From the NCBI RefSeq assembly GCF_009914755.1, contig NC_060925.1: a stretch of 64,000 nucleotides of DNA; one strand, 5' to 3'. The notes beneath the pieces are model-generated. The model worked only from the letters and a program-made list of their open reading frames with translations. It ran no database searches and was not told the origin of the DNA. Of the stretch, positions 54,085 to 64,000 are shown in pieces. The translations under genes and the position numbers were made by a program. Within the stretch, counting starts at the first letter, position 1; each line of letters begins with the position of its first letter. This DNA is from the human T2T-CHM13v2.0 reference genome, Homo sapiens.

Positions 54085-54310
54085 ATAAGTATATACAATT
54101 TTTGAGCATTTATCAAAGGCCACATGTATTATTTTATTTAATCCACATAAGATCCCCTTGAGGAAGACACTGCTATTTCTCCTATCATACAAAAGAGAAA
54201 ATAGAAGGAGAAAAATTTCATAATTTGCCTAAAGTCAAACAGAGAGTAAGTGTCAGAGAAAGGATTCAATTATAGATATGTCTGACTTTGAGGTCTCAAT
54301 TATTCTATAT
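54085..54310 (-). mobile_element. MIR
   Basis: ATTTAATCCACATAAG...TAATTTGCCTAAAGTCAAACAGAGAGTAAGTGTCAGAG. Confidence 0.75.
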
Positions 54311-54519
54311 CCTGGCTCCCTTATTTCAGATACAATATGTAAATGAAAATTAAAACCTTGCCTAGAGTACTCTGATAAGAATTTAAATGTACCCCCTAGG
54401 CTTTGTATCTATGTATCACATGTCCTATAGTTGTGATATTCTCTGATTATTCACTAACCCATTCCATAAATATTGTTAGGTAAATATCACAAACCATGTG
54501 AACCCAAGCAACAGGAGAT

Positions 54520-54830
54520 ACAACACTGAAAAAATTATAGTTTTCCACTCAAGCAGCTCCTCATTTAGGAAGGGATATAGGTAAGTTAATATGTGGTTGT
54601 GACATTGCAGATAAATTACAGTATAAAGATAAGTACAGGAAACCCAAAGGGGCCATCCAGCCCAGACTTGTCTCTGTGTGTGTTTGTAGAGGGGCATCAG
54701 ATAAAGCTTCGTGAGGGAATGTCATCCAAGTTGAGATCTGAAGGATAAGAGTTGAAAGTTACCTGAGTAAAGGGAAAGAGATCCAAGCAGAAAGATGAGC
54801 CATCACAGAGGCACGGAGTTGAGAAAGGAT
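54520..54830 (-). mobile_element. L2 relic
   Basis: ATCAGATAAAGCTTCGTGAGGGAATGTCATCCAAGTTGAGATCTGAAGGAT. Confidence 0.55.
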
Positions 54831-55249
54831 TAAGCATTCAGATAACAGCACTTCGGAGTGGCCTGGCCTATAACTCTCAAAGGCAGACAGGGTAGAACGT
54901 GGCCTTCCATGTCACTCAGTTCACACCATTGATCCCAAGTATGGAAGATGCTGCCTCTCAAACCAAAAGATATCTACCTGGATATTTCATTTTGTTTTTA
55001 GTGATAGGAAGGGCAATATATCCCAAACTACTGCAGACCACTGAATCTTTATAATTTTCACTGGGCCCCTTATTAAATAGAGTTTATTTCTCAGGATCTG
55101 TAGAGTATGAGTCCTATTAAGACCTCTGATATAGTTACTAATTCTTGCTTAACTTATCTAGTTAATTGATGTCAATGGTAAAGTGAACCATTGTGACAAC
55201 CTGTGAAAAGTCAAGATAGTCAGATCCCTTCAAACTCTATTATGACAGA

Positions 55250-55540
55250 GGCTGGGTGTGGTGGCTCATGCCTGTAATCCGAGAACTTTGGGAGGCCAAG
55301 GCAAGTGTATCAGTTGAGGTCAGGAGCTAGAGATCAGCACAGCAAACATGGCGAAACCATGTCTCTACTAAAAATACAAAAATTAGCCGGGCATCGTAGC
55401 CCCGCCTGTAGTCCCTGCTACTTAGGATGCAGAGATGGGAGGATCGCTTGAGCCCAGGAGGCAGAGGTTGCAGTGAGCTGAGATTGCACCACTGCACTCA
55501 GCCTGGATGACAGCATGAGATCCTGAAAAAAAAAAAAAAA
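55250..55540 (+). mobile_element. Alu with an S-like left arm and a J-like right arm
   Basis: Full dimer; left arm TGAGGTCAGGAG, right arm GGAGGATCGCTTGAGCCC. Confidence 0.9.
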
Positions 55541-55694
55541 GAAGAAAAGCAAGAAAGGAGAGAAAAAGAGAGAAAAAAAGAAAGAAAAAAAGAAAAGGAA
55601 GGAAGAAAAGAAGGAAAGAAGGAAGGAGGGGGGAAGGAAGGAAGAAAGAAAGGAAGGAAGGAAGGAAGAAAGGAAGAAAGAAAGGAAGGAAGGA
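55541..55694. repeat. GA-rich (GAAA/GGAA)n expansion of the Alu tail
   Basis: About 150 bp, almost entirely purine. Confidence 0.9.
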
Positions 55695-55832
55695 ATTCCA
55701 TAGAAATGTGTCTACCATTGAGGCAAAGTACTTTGAGAAAATAAAGAGGATGGAGGAATAGGGATTTCTTCTACATTTTTCAGGCCAGAGCAGTCTTTTT
55801 CCCAGTTAATTTGGCCAGAGAAACAGGCTGGT

Positions 55833-56041
55833 GAACGTGGCGAAACTCCATCTCTACTGAAAATACAAAAATTGTCCAGGTGTGGTGGCACACACATGTA
55901 GTCCCAGCTACTCGGAAGGCTGAGGCAGGAGAATCGCTTGAACCTGGGGTGGAGGTTGCAGTGAGCTGAGATGGTGCCACTGCACTCCAGCCTGGGCGAC
56001 AGAGTGAGGCTCTGTCTCAAAAGATAAAAACAAACAAACAA
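55833..56041 (+). mobile_element. AluS fragment lacking the first ~95 nt
   Basis: Starts at AACGTGGCGAAACTCC; complete right arm and (AAAC)n tail. Confidence 0.9.
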
Positions 56042-57509
56042 CCCCCACCAGCATAAAATCCCAAAACTCTACTATGACAGAACAAGGGAAATTAACAAGC
56101 CCAGAGTTAGACCATAAATGTATATTGTTGCAGTATTGGGGGATACATGAATGCAAACTGGCCACATGTTATAAAACTAAGGCTATTCTAATCTGTTCTA
56201 GCAAAGATACTAACACAGCTGCTGCAAGTGGGGCAATTACTTGACTGAATTTGTGTTAATATGTTGTCATTCTCCAGGATTCATCTGGTTTTTTTGTGGT
56301 TATTGTGATGAATTAAATGGGATATGATTGGGACTACCATCTCTGAAACCTTTAGGTTCTAAGGGTCACACTAAACTCTGATATTCTCTCCAGAATGCAA
56401 TCTTGTTTTTAACTTCTGTTTTGGCTTAGGTGGGAATGGAAGCAGTTTTAGAGGCTTCCCTTGGTCCTCTCTACTATGGTACAATTTATCCACAGTCCAA
56501 ATAATCCATGTGAGTAATCTGCCTACTACAAAATGTGTCTATTCCACTCCTAGCTTGAATACTTGGAAACTGGCCACTTAGGTTTGTCTGTGGAAAATGT
56601 GGACCTACTGCCAGGTGGTCCTGGGCTAAGTATCTATTTATTACCTGGCCATACCCATATCCCTGCATCCTAACAAAGGGAGTAATATGGATCACCAGAG
56701 ATCATTGTCAACTAGAACCTTGCATCTAACAGTGTCTAAATATCTGTGTATCTCCATTTTCACAGTATATGGTTACTTAAGGAAATCATCACAGTAGCTT
56801 TGGAGAAGTTCTGGTGAACTGTCACCAGAAACATTGGCATAATGTTGCAGGTTACTTCCACTGCAGCCTGTCCTCTTAATGGGTGCTGGATCTGAATACC
56901 GGCAAATCCAGAAACTAGGCAAAAGATCATGACTTTTTTATTATAGCAGCTTCCCTCAGCCTCCTAAGAATGCAATCTTGACTTCTTTTAATTATTTAGA
57001 TTGAGAATACCCTTGTTAGTTGCTCATCTTCATTGCCCTTGCATATACCATATTTTATAATCATCTCCATAGCTTTCTCTAAGTCAGCACTACCTCCTAC
57101 CCACTGCCACTTCAATTTGCTGCTCACTAAGATAACTATACCCATTACTCTGATAGTTAAACACTTCCATCTGCCTCTATTATTATTATCTTAGTCCTAT
57201 AATCTCCATTATTATCATGAAGGCCTATCCTGAAATAACATATTCTATGGTCAGTTCTGATCTAGATGGCTATCACTGAGATTCTTGGAATATTCCTTAT
57301 TGTTTTGATAAATGGAGTGTCTTCTAGGACTCCCTGTGCAATATAATTGGCAAGTAGTATTTCCATCCTTAGGTGTGTAACTCTTACCATACTCATTCCT
57401 CTGACCTTTTAGCCACTTCTTCCACCACCTTTCATGCTAATTCTTGCATTTCTACTTCACTTTGTATTTGTCATCACTTTCTCCAAGTTTCCTAGAGCCA
57501 TTCCGGTAG

Positions 57510-57904
<395 letters not shown>

Positions 57905-58976
57905 TTGATAAACTCTCTCTTCTTAAACTCTGTGGTCTAATACCTACTTTCTGGACACCATACATACTTCTCTGGCTTCTGCGGATATATTTTGGCTAAG
58001 TTCTGTGGTTTCCTTGGGGTATAGGCTCTTTCTTCCCTCTGCAGCTGCAGCATATCCTCAGCTAAGTTATAGTGTACCTTCACCTTACTTATTGGTCTGG
58101 TGACCAGGAGGGGTGCATTGTCTTGCAAGACAGAAGTCTTTGACTTGTCTTCAAATCATGATTAGTGCTACCCCTTAGCAGGAAAAAATAGGCCATTTGT
58201 GGAAGCCTAGGGAGTTCAGCAGAACCCAGAGATTAAAATTCTGCAGGAATGGATCCAGATGTTTCCATCTCAAAATGTTAGGTTCCACTCCTCAATCAGG
58301 GCCCTGATCTTGTCATAATAGAGTTGTAGAATTGAAATTCAACCTTTCCTAAAGTTCAGCTACTCTTATAATTAAGCTCTGGGCCTAATCCTTAGCTGTT
58401 TTACTCATCCATGTGCAGGAGAGGAGATTCTTTTTATATGCTACTTACGGCATTGCCTGGGGAGGTACTCAGCTGTAAGCCATCTGCAGTAAGTACTCCC
58501 GACCACTAACTAGCAGAATAAATGCCTGTGTTCAGAAAACAACCTCAATGACTGGTCATGTCATCCACCAGAAGGGAAGGGACAGCTTCTTTTTTTTTTT
58601 TTTTTTTTAATAGTGGACATTTTATCATTTTAATTATTGATAAAAAGAGTTAAAATTTAAATTACAAAGAGGAAAAGGAAAATTATACAATGGAGCTTTA
58701 TGAAGGACAAAATAAATGTGATCAAAAGTTTATGCAACAGCATTGGCCTTGGATTGCAGAAGGGCACTTACTCTGTTGAAACTAGAGGAAAAGAGGAAAG
58801 ATGAGTGTAATGGAGGAAGGTTTTTAGGTTTGTTGGCAAGCAGTTGACTGATTCTTATCTGATGGAAATGAAGTAGGAGGCAGAATTGTCTTTTAAGAAT
58901 GAAAGAGTCATTTGCCAGTGGTAATTTTTAGGAGAACAGAGAAATATTGCAAAACTTTCATTAATGAAAAAAATTT

Positions 58977-59241
58977 TTTTCCTCTTTTTAATTTAACTTT
59001 TAAGTTCAGGGATACACGTACAGGTTTGTTATATAGGTAAACTTGTGTCATAGGTTTATTTGTACTGATTATTTAATCATCCAGGTATTAAGCCTAGTAC
59101 CCATTAGTTATTTTCCTGATCTTCTCCCTTCTCCTGCTCTCCACCCTCCACTAGGCCCCATTGTGTGTTGTTCCCCTTTATGTGTCCATGTGTTCTCATC
59201 AATTAGCTCTCACTTATAAGTGAGAACATGTGGTATTTGGC
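58977..59241 (-). mobile_element. L1PA13-like 3' UTR fragment
   Basis: GGTATTAAGCCTAGTACCCATTAGTTATTTTCCTGATC; degenerate TSD TAATGAAAAAAATTT / TAAGGAAAAGAATTT. Confidence 0.88.
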
Positions 59242-59774
59242 TAAGGAAAAGAATTTCATTGTGCTCCTACTGTGTGCTTTTATAGAAAGTAGGAAAATGA
59301 ACTATCCAGAGAAGCATGGTAAAATTGACAGGCATTGTTGAGATCTCAGATGAAGTTGGTGGTCAAGAATGTTTTGTATAATCTCCCCTGTTTTGTGACT
59401 TAAGTCTTCAATAGTACTAAGCTGAGTCAGAATAGCATGGAAAGAATGCATACCTGGCCAAATCCAGAGTTAAATTTTGTCATGTGGGCTTAATAAAAGT
59501 GGAGGTGAGTGGGATATTGGTGGAGTGTTATACAAGGAAGTAGAAGAAAACAGGACAAAATCAGAAGATAGTAATAAATGGACACATAACAGACAACCAC
59601 AATTATATGTTACAATGGCTGTGCTAAAAATAGTTGAACATGTAACCTGAAAATACAAATCACTTTAGAAAAGTGATTTGGGCACAGGAGTGAATTAGAT
59701 CCTAAGATCTAAGGTGGCCCTTGGAGTAGACGGTGGAGGTGAGATCAAGAGAAGTCATTGCAGATGAGGAAGTC

Positions 59775-60290
59775 AGTGAACCCACTGCCAAATAGTGAAA
59801 TCAGCAGTTTTTCTATTCTCATCATGATTGGCCTTTCAGTAGTATTCAATACCATTAATATCTTGTTCTTGAAATACTCATACCTTAATTTCTATGCCAT
59901 CGCACATTACTGGTTTCTCTCCTACCTCTCCGTCCTCTTCTTCTCTCCTGCCTTTGTTAGTTCTTCTTTCTTTAACTTCTTTAATGTCTTTCCACGCAGT
60001 CCTGTTCTCACTCTAAATTTCCTCCCAGGGTGATTGCATTTACATAGATGGATTCAAGTACATCTGTATACTGATGGTCCTCAAATTTACTTCTCTTGTC
60101 AAGGCATTTCCTTTCAGCTCCAGACTCATATATTTAATTAGCTCATCCGCATCTATACATGGTTTTGTCTCATCTTCTCATCAACATCTTCAAAACTGAA
60201 TTTTTGATCTTTCCCATGAACTTGGTCCTCTTCCAGACTCATCCATTGAATTAGGTCATTCATATCTGCAATTGGATGTTTCATCTTTAT
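59775..60290 (+). mobile_element. L2 RT-region relic
   Basis: GGCCTTTCAGTAGTATTCAATACCATT...CTGGTTTCTCTCCTACCTCTC corresponds to LSAAFDT...WFSSYLS. Confidence 0.75.
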
Positions 60291-60329
60291 CCGTACCTGT
60301 AAGTTTCAAGATAAGAATGCAGCATATTC

Positions 60330-60750
60330 AGTTACCTTTCTCAGTTCACCTCTCCTTGTATCCATTCCCTGTGGCTTGTGACTTTGCAGTTTCCCCCCAC
60401 TAAAGACAGAGTGTACTTCTCTTTTTCTTGACTTAGGGCTCAGCATGTGACTTGCTTTGACCAAAGGGATTTTATCTGATGTGTCTCAAGCAGAGATATG
60501 AAATGTATTGTCATGGCTGGGTTTGCCCTTTTGCTCTCTGCCATCATTACTAGAAGAACAAATACTGCTGGCTTCAGGAAATCAAGATGCACACAGAATA
60601 AACCTCTCCCAGTAGACATAAGGACCTGTAGCCTAAAGGAAAGCCATCCTGCCAACTCATAGACTGCAAAGTGAGAATAACTGTCCTAAGTCACTGAGCT
60701 TTAGGGTGGTGTGTTTCTCAGCATTAGCACTTAGCAGTAGCCAACTGATA
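60330..60750 (+). mobile_element. MLT1G/H-like MaLR LTR
   Basis: GTGACTTTGCAGTTTCC...GGGCTCAGCATGTGACTTGCTTTGACCAA...CAACTGATA. Confidence 0.75.
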
Positions 60751-61424
60751 TAGTGAGTATATTAGCGGCTTTGGTGCAGGGCAAAAAAGATCAGTTTGAA
60801 ATGACACCCTCAATGATTTGATGTACCATCAGACCTCTATTAGGTGTTATGTAACCCCTATTTCTTTCCTGACCACTGGCCTACTAGTCCTTGGATTGGA
60901 AAACAGATATAGATTTTAATTGAAGCCATGGGAGCAAATATGATTATTACTAAAGAGTGAGAAATGAAAGACACATGAAGTAAATTTGAAGCAACACTCA
61001 TATCTAAATTTAGTTACAGTAAGAGAAACTATTAAAGCCAGGAAAAGACAATAACCAGAGAGAAGGAAAACTGAGATTTTGGTTCTTCATAGAAGATGGT
61101 CAAATAGTAAAATGGAAAAAAGGATATGGAGAGGTCTTTTTCTTAATCGAGTATTACAATTATATTCTAGGACATGACCAACATTAGCAAAAGAAAGTTT
61201 GTCTTGTTGCTGAATCACTATGACTTATCTGGGTGAGCTAGTGCCTTTCAATTATAGGATATGAAGAACTGAATATTTATTCTCCAAAACTGGTCCAGGA
61301 CCTTGTGGGGAGGGAGGGTAAAGTTGAAAAAGTCAGAGGGAACTAAGGCAAAGGAGAACTGTGTATGAGACTATAGGGAACGATGACTCCAGCAGGCCTG
61401 TTCGTGGGGCACACTGAATGGCAA

Positions 61425-61645
61425 AGAGGCAGCATGGCACAGCAAGAAGGCTGGCCCTCAGCTTGGATTTCTCTCCTGGTTCCACCACCTACAAGCTATG
61501 TGACCTTGATTTGCCTTATTAACTTATGAAATGGAAGCACCAACCTTATACGATTGTTTTGAATATTATGCGAATTAATCCAAATAAAGTGTCTAGAACT
61601 GAGCCTGCCATATAATGAGTGCTTGAGTTGTTAGCCATATTATTG
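61425..61645 (+). mobile_element. MIR
   Basis: CCACCACCTACAAGCTATGTGACCTTG...GCCTGCCATATAATGAGTGCT. Confidence 0.7.
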
Positions 61646-61679
61646 CAGACCTGTTAGATGTGTCAAAATCTGGTGACTT

Positions 61680-61958
61680 TTAGCCAGTAACTGTTTCCTT
61701 TTTTTTCTGAATGCAGAGTTAAGCTTCATTTCTCAGACCCTTTTATAGTTAGGTATGGCCATATGTGTAGTTCTTGCCAAAGGAATGTAAAGAAATGATG
61801 GTTTCAACGTAAAATGAGGCTTCTAAGGTTTGCCTACTCCGTGCAGATGACAATGAGACCTTAGGGGACAGTGAAGTCTCCCACATGAGGGAAGAAGCCT
61901 GAATTCCTAAATCACCATGTGATGAAGAGACACCAGATATCCAGAAATATCTACCATG
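61680..61958 (+). mobile_element. MLT1-family LTR fragment
   Basis: CATTTCTCAGACCCTTTTATAGTTAGGTATGGCCATATG...GAAGCCTGAATTCCTAAATCACC. Confidence 0.6.
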
Positions 61959-61960
61959 TA

Positions 61961-63440
61961 CAGGCGTACCTCATTTTACTGCACTTTGCTTTATTGCACT
62001 TTGCAGATACTGCATTTTCGTTTTCTTTTCTTTTCTTTTTTTTTTTTGAGACAGGGTCTTGCTCTGTTGCCCAGGCTGGAGTGCAGTGGCATGATATGGG
62101 ATCACTGAAACCTCTGCCTCATGGGTTCAAGTGATTCTCCTGCTTCAGCCTCCAAGTAGCTAGGATTACAGGCACCCGCCACCACATCTGGCCAATTTTT
62201 ATATTTTTAGTAGAGGCAAGGTTTCACCATGTTGGTCAGGCTCATCTTGAACTCCTGACCTCAGGTGATCCACCCGCCTCGGCCTCCCAAAGTGTTGGGA
62301 TTACAGGCGTGAGCCACCGCACCTGGCCCAGATATTGCATTTTCAACAAATTAAAGATTCATGGCAAGCTCGCATCAAGCAAGTCTATTGGCACCATTTT
62401 TTCCAATAGCTTGGGCTCACTTCAGATCTCTGTGTCAAAATTTGGTAGTTCTAGAAATATTTCAAACTTTATTATTATTATATCTGTTATAGTTATCTGT
62501 GATTAATAATCAGTTATCTCACTATCGTAATTGTTTTGGGCACCAAGAACGATGCCCATATAAGATCACTAACTTAATTCACACTATGTGTTCTGACTAC
62601 TCTACTCACTGGCTGTTCCTTGGTCTCTCTCTCTTTCTCCTTGGGCCTCTCTATTCCTTGAGACACAATATTGAAATTAGACCAATAAATATCCCTAAAA
62701 TGGCCTCTATACGCTCAAGTGAAAGGAAGTGTCACACATCTCTCTCTTTAAAGCAAAAGCTAGAAATGATTAAGATTAGTGAGGGAAGCATGTCAAAAGC
62801 CAAGCTAGGCCAAAAGCTTGACAGTTAGCCAATGTGTGAAAGGTTCTTGAAGAAAATGAAAAATGCTACTCCAGTGAATACATGAATGATAAGAAAGTGA
62901 AACAGTCCTACATCTGATATGAAGGAAGTTTTAATAGTCTGGTTAGAAGATCAAACCAGCCACAACATTCCCTTAATTCAAAGCCTAATCCAGTTCAAGG
63001 CACTAACTTTAATTCTGTGAAAACTGAGAGAGGAGAGGAAGCTACAGAAGAAAAGCTGGAAGCTTGCAGAGACTTGTTCATGAGGTTTAAAGAAAGAAGC
63101 TGTCTTCATAACATAAAAGTGCAAGGTGAAGCAGCAAGTGCTAGTGGAGAAGCTGCAGCAAGTTATCCAGAAGATCTAGCTAAGGTAATTAATGAGGTGG
63201 CTACACTAAACAACACATTTTTCATGTAGATGAAACAGCCTTATTTTGGAAGAAGATGCCATCTAGGACTTTCCTAGCTAGAGAGGATGTCAGTGCCTAG
63301 CTTCAAAGCTCCAAAGACAGGCTGACTTTCTTGCTAGGGGCTAGTGAATTTGGTGACTATAAGTTGAAGCCAATGCTCAACTTAAAAGGGCTCCCCAAAC
63401 CCGAGAGCCCTTAAGAATTATGCTAAATCTGCTCTGCCTA
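61961..63440 (+). mobile_element. Tigger1 DNA transposon, 5' half, with a decayed transposase
   Basis: TA followed by the TIR CAGGCGTACCTC; ATG at 62700 gives MASIRSSERKCHTSLSLKQKLEMIK; later [13 protein letters not shown]...[12 protein letters not shown]; frameshifts and no right TIR. Confidence 0.93.
62020..62328 (-). mobile_element. AluSx-like, full length, inserted in Tigger1
   Basis: TSD CAGATA(C/T)TGCATTTTC at 62004-62019 and 62329-62344. Confidence 0.93.
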
Positions 63441-63864
63441 TTATGTTTGACCCATTATATCTTTTGAGGACTATATCTTTTGTGGAATATTCTCACCTAA
63501 AAAAATGCAATGGGTAAAAATAACAAAAAAACCTTATATCACATTCTACATTCTGGTATCTACATATTTCCTAGATAGTATGAGTTAAAAAGCACTGGCA
63601 TAATTCTAAACAATACATACATCATTTGTCACATAAACAAATAGAACATTGCTCTTTAATTTGTTAAAATAAGTATGGTAAAAACATTGCATATTATGCA
63701 CCCATATTGAAAATTTATAACGCATGGCAACATGAAAACTTTAGTGAAGAGAACTCCAGTGTTTTCTCAAATTTAATTGACCAAAATATCTTTTTTTTGT
63801 AAAGCTTCTGTAAACATTTTTGAAGACAGTTTTGTTGACTTCAATTTGGATGATATTGGTGGAA

Positions 63865-64000
63865 TAGCCATTTTCAAAAACTCTAGGTGAGAGGGTGAAT
63901 TGGCAAATACTTTTTGGAGGACAAATTGGTGCAATGTCCATAAAAACCTCTAAATCAGTAAGTTCACTTCTTGGAATTCCTCTTAAAAATAGAAAAACCC
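63865..64000 (+). mobile_element. Old L1 (L1ME-like) fragment
   Basis: GGTGAGAGGGTGAATTGGCAAATACTTTTTGGAGGACAAATTGG...TTCACTTCTTGGAATT. Confidence 0.5.

Noticed and set aside
55422-55718. Hydrophobic F/L/S/P-rich ORFs resembling membrane proteins
   Set aside because: They are translations of the GA-rich Alu tail expansion.
62499-63229. Domesticated Tigger transposase gene (TIGD1-like)
   Set aside because: It is frameshifted, contains stops and is truncated early in the catalytic region, so it is an ordinary Tigger1 fossil.

Overview
This window is AT-rich, CpG-depleted human genomic DNA, intergenic or deep intronic; two human-lineage Alu subfamilies (Ya5 and Yb) point to Homo. I find no protein-coding exon, RNA gene, CRISPR array or novel gene system that the sequence supports. 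The recognisable ORFs in the track are transposon remnants, and the rest look like chance ORFs. Much of the window is interspersed repeat: a full THE1D/MSTA-type MaLR element, about ten Alus, three large L1s (L1PB1-like, L1PA10-13-like, L1MA4-like), an ERVL gag-pro-pol relic, Tigger1, Tigger3a, MER53, MER5A, solo LTRs, and L2, MIR and CR1 relics. Subfamily names come from recalled consensus sequences, not a RepeatMasker run. The most unusual observations are structural. (1) A TSD-bounded L1PB insertion has a 5' inversion, a large internal gap, a scrambled 3' end and a perfect 42-bp palindrome. (2) An Alu / GA-tract / unique DNA / Alu composite sits inside a single 18-bp TSD within ERVL RT. (3) A 5.6-kb L1PA carries a probable 20-bp 3' transduction. 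(4) Two very young Alus may be polymorphic. (5) A MIR > Tigger3a > ERV1 LTR three-level nest is cleanly resolved. A few apparently repeat-free, motif-dense or CpG-retaining blocks are low-confidence regulatory candidates.
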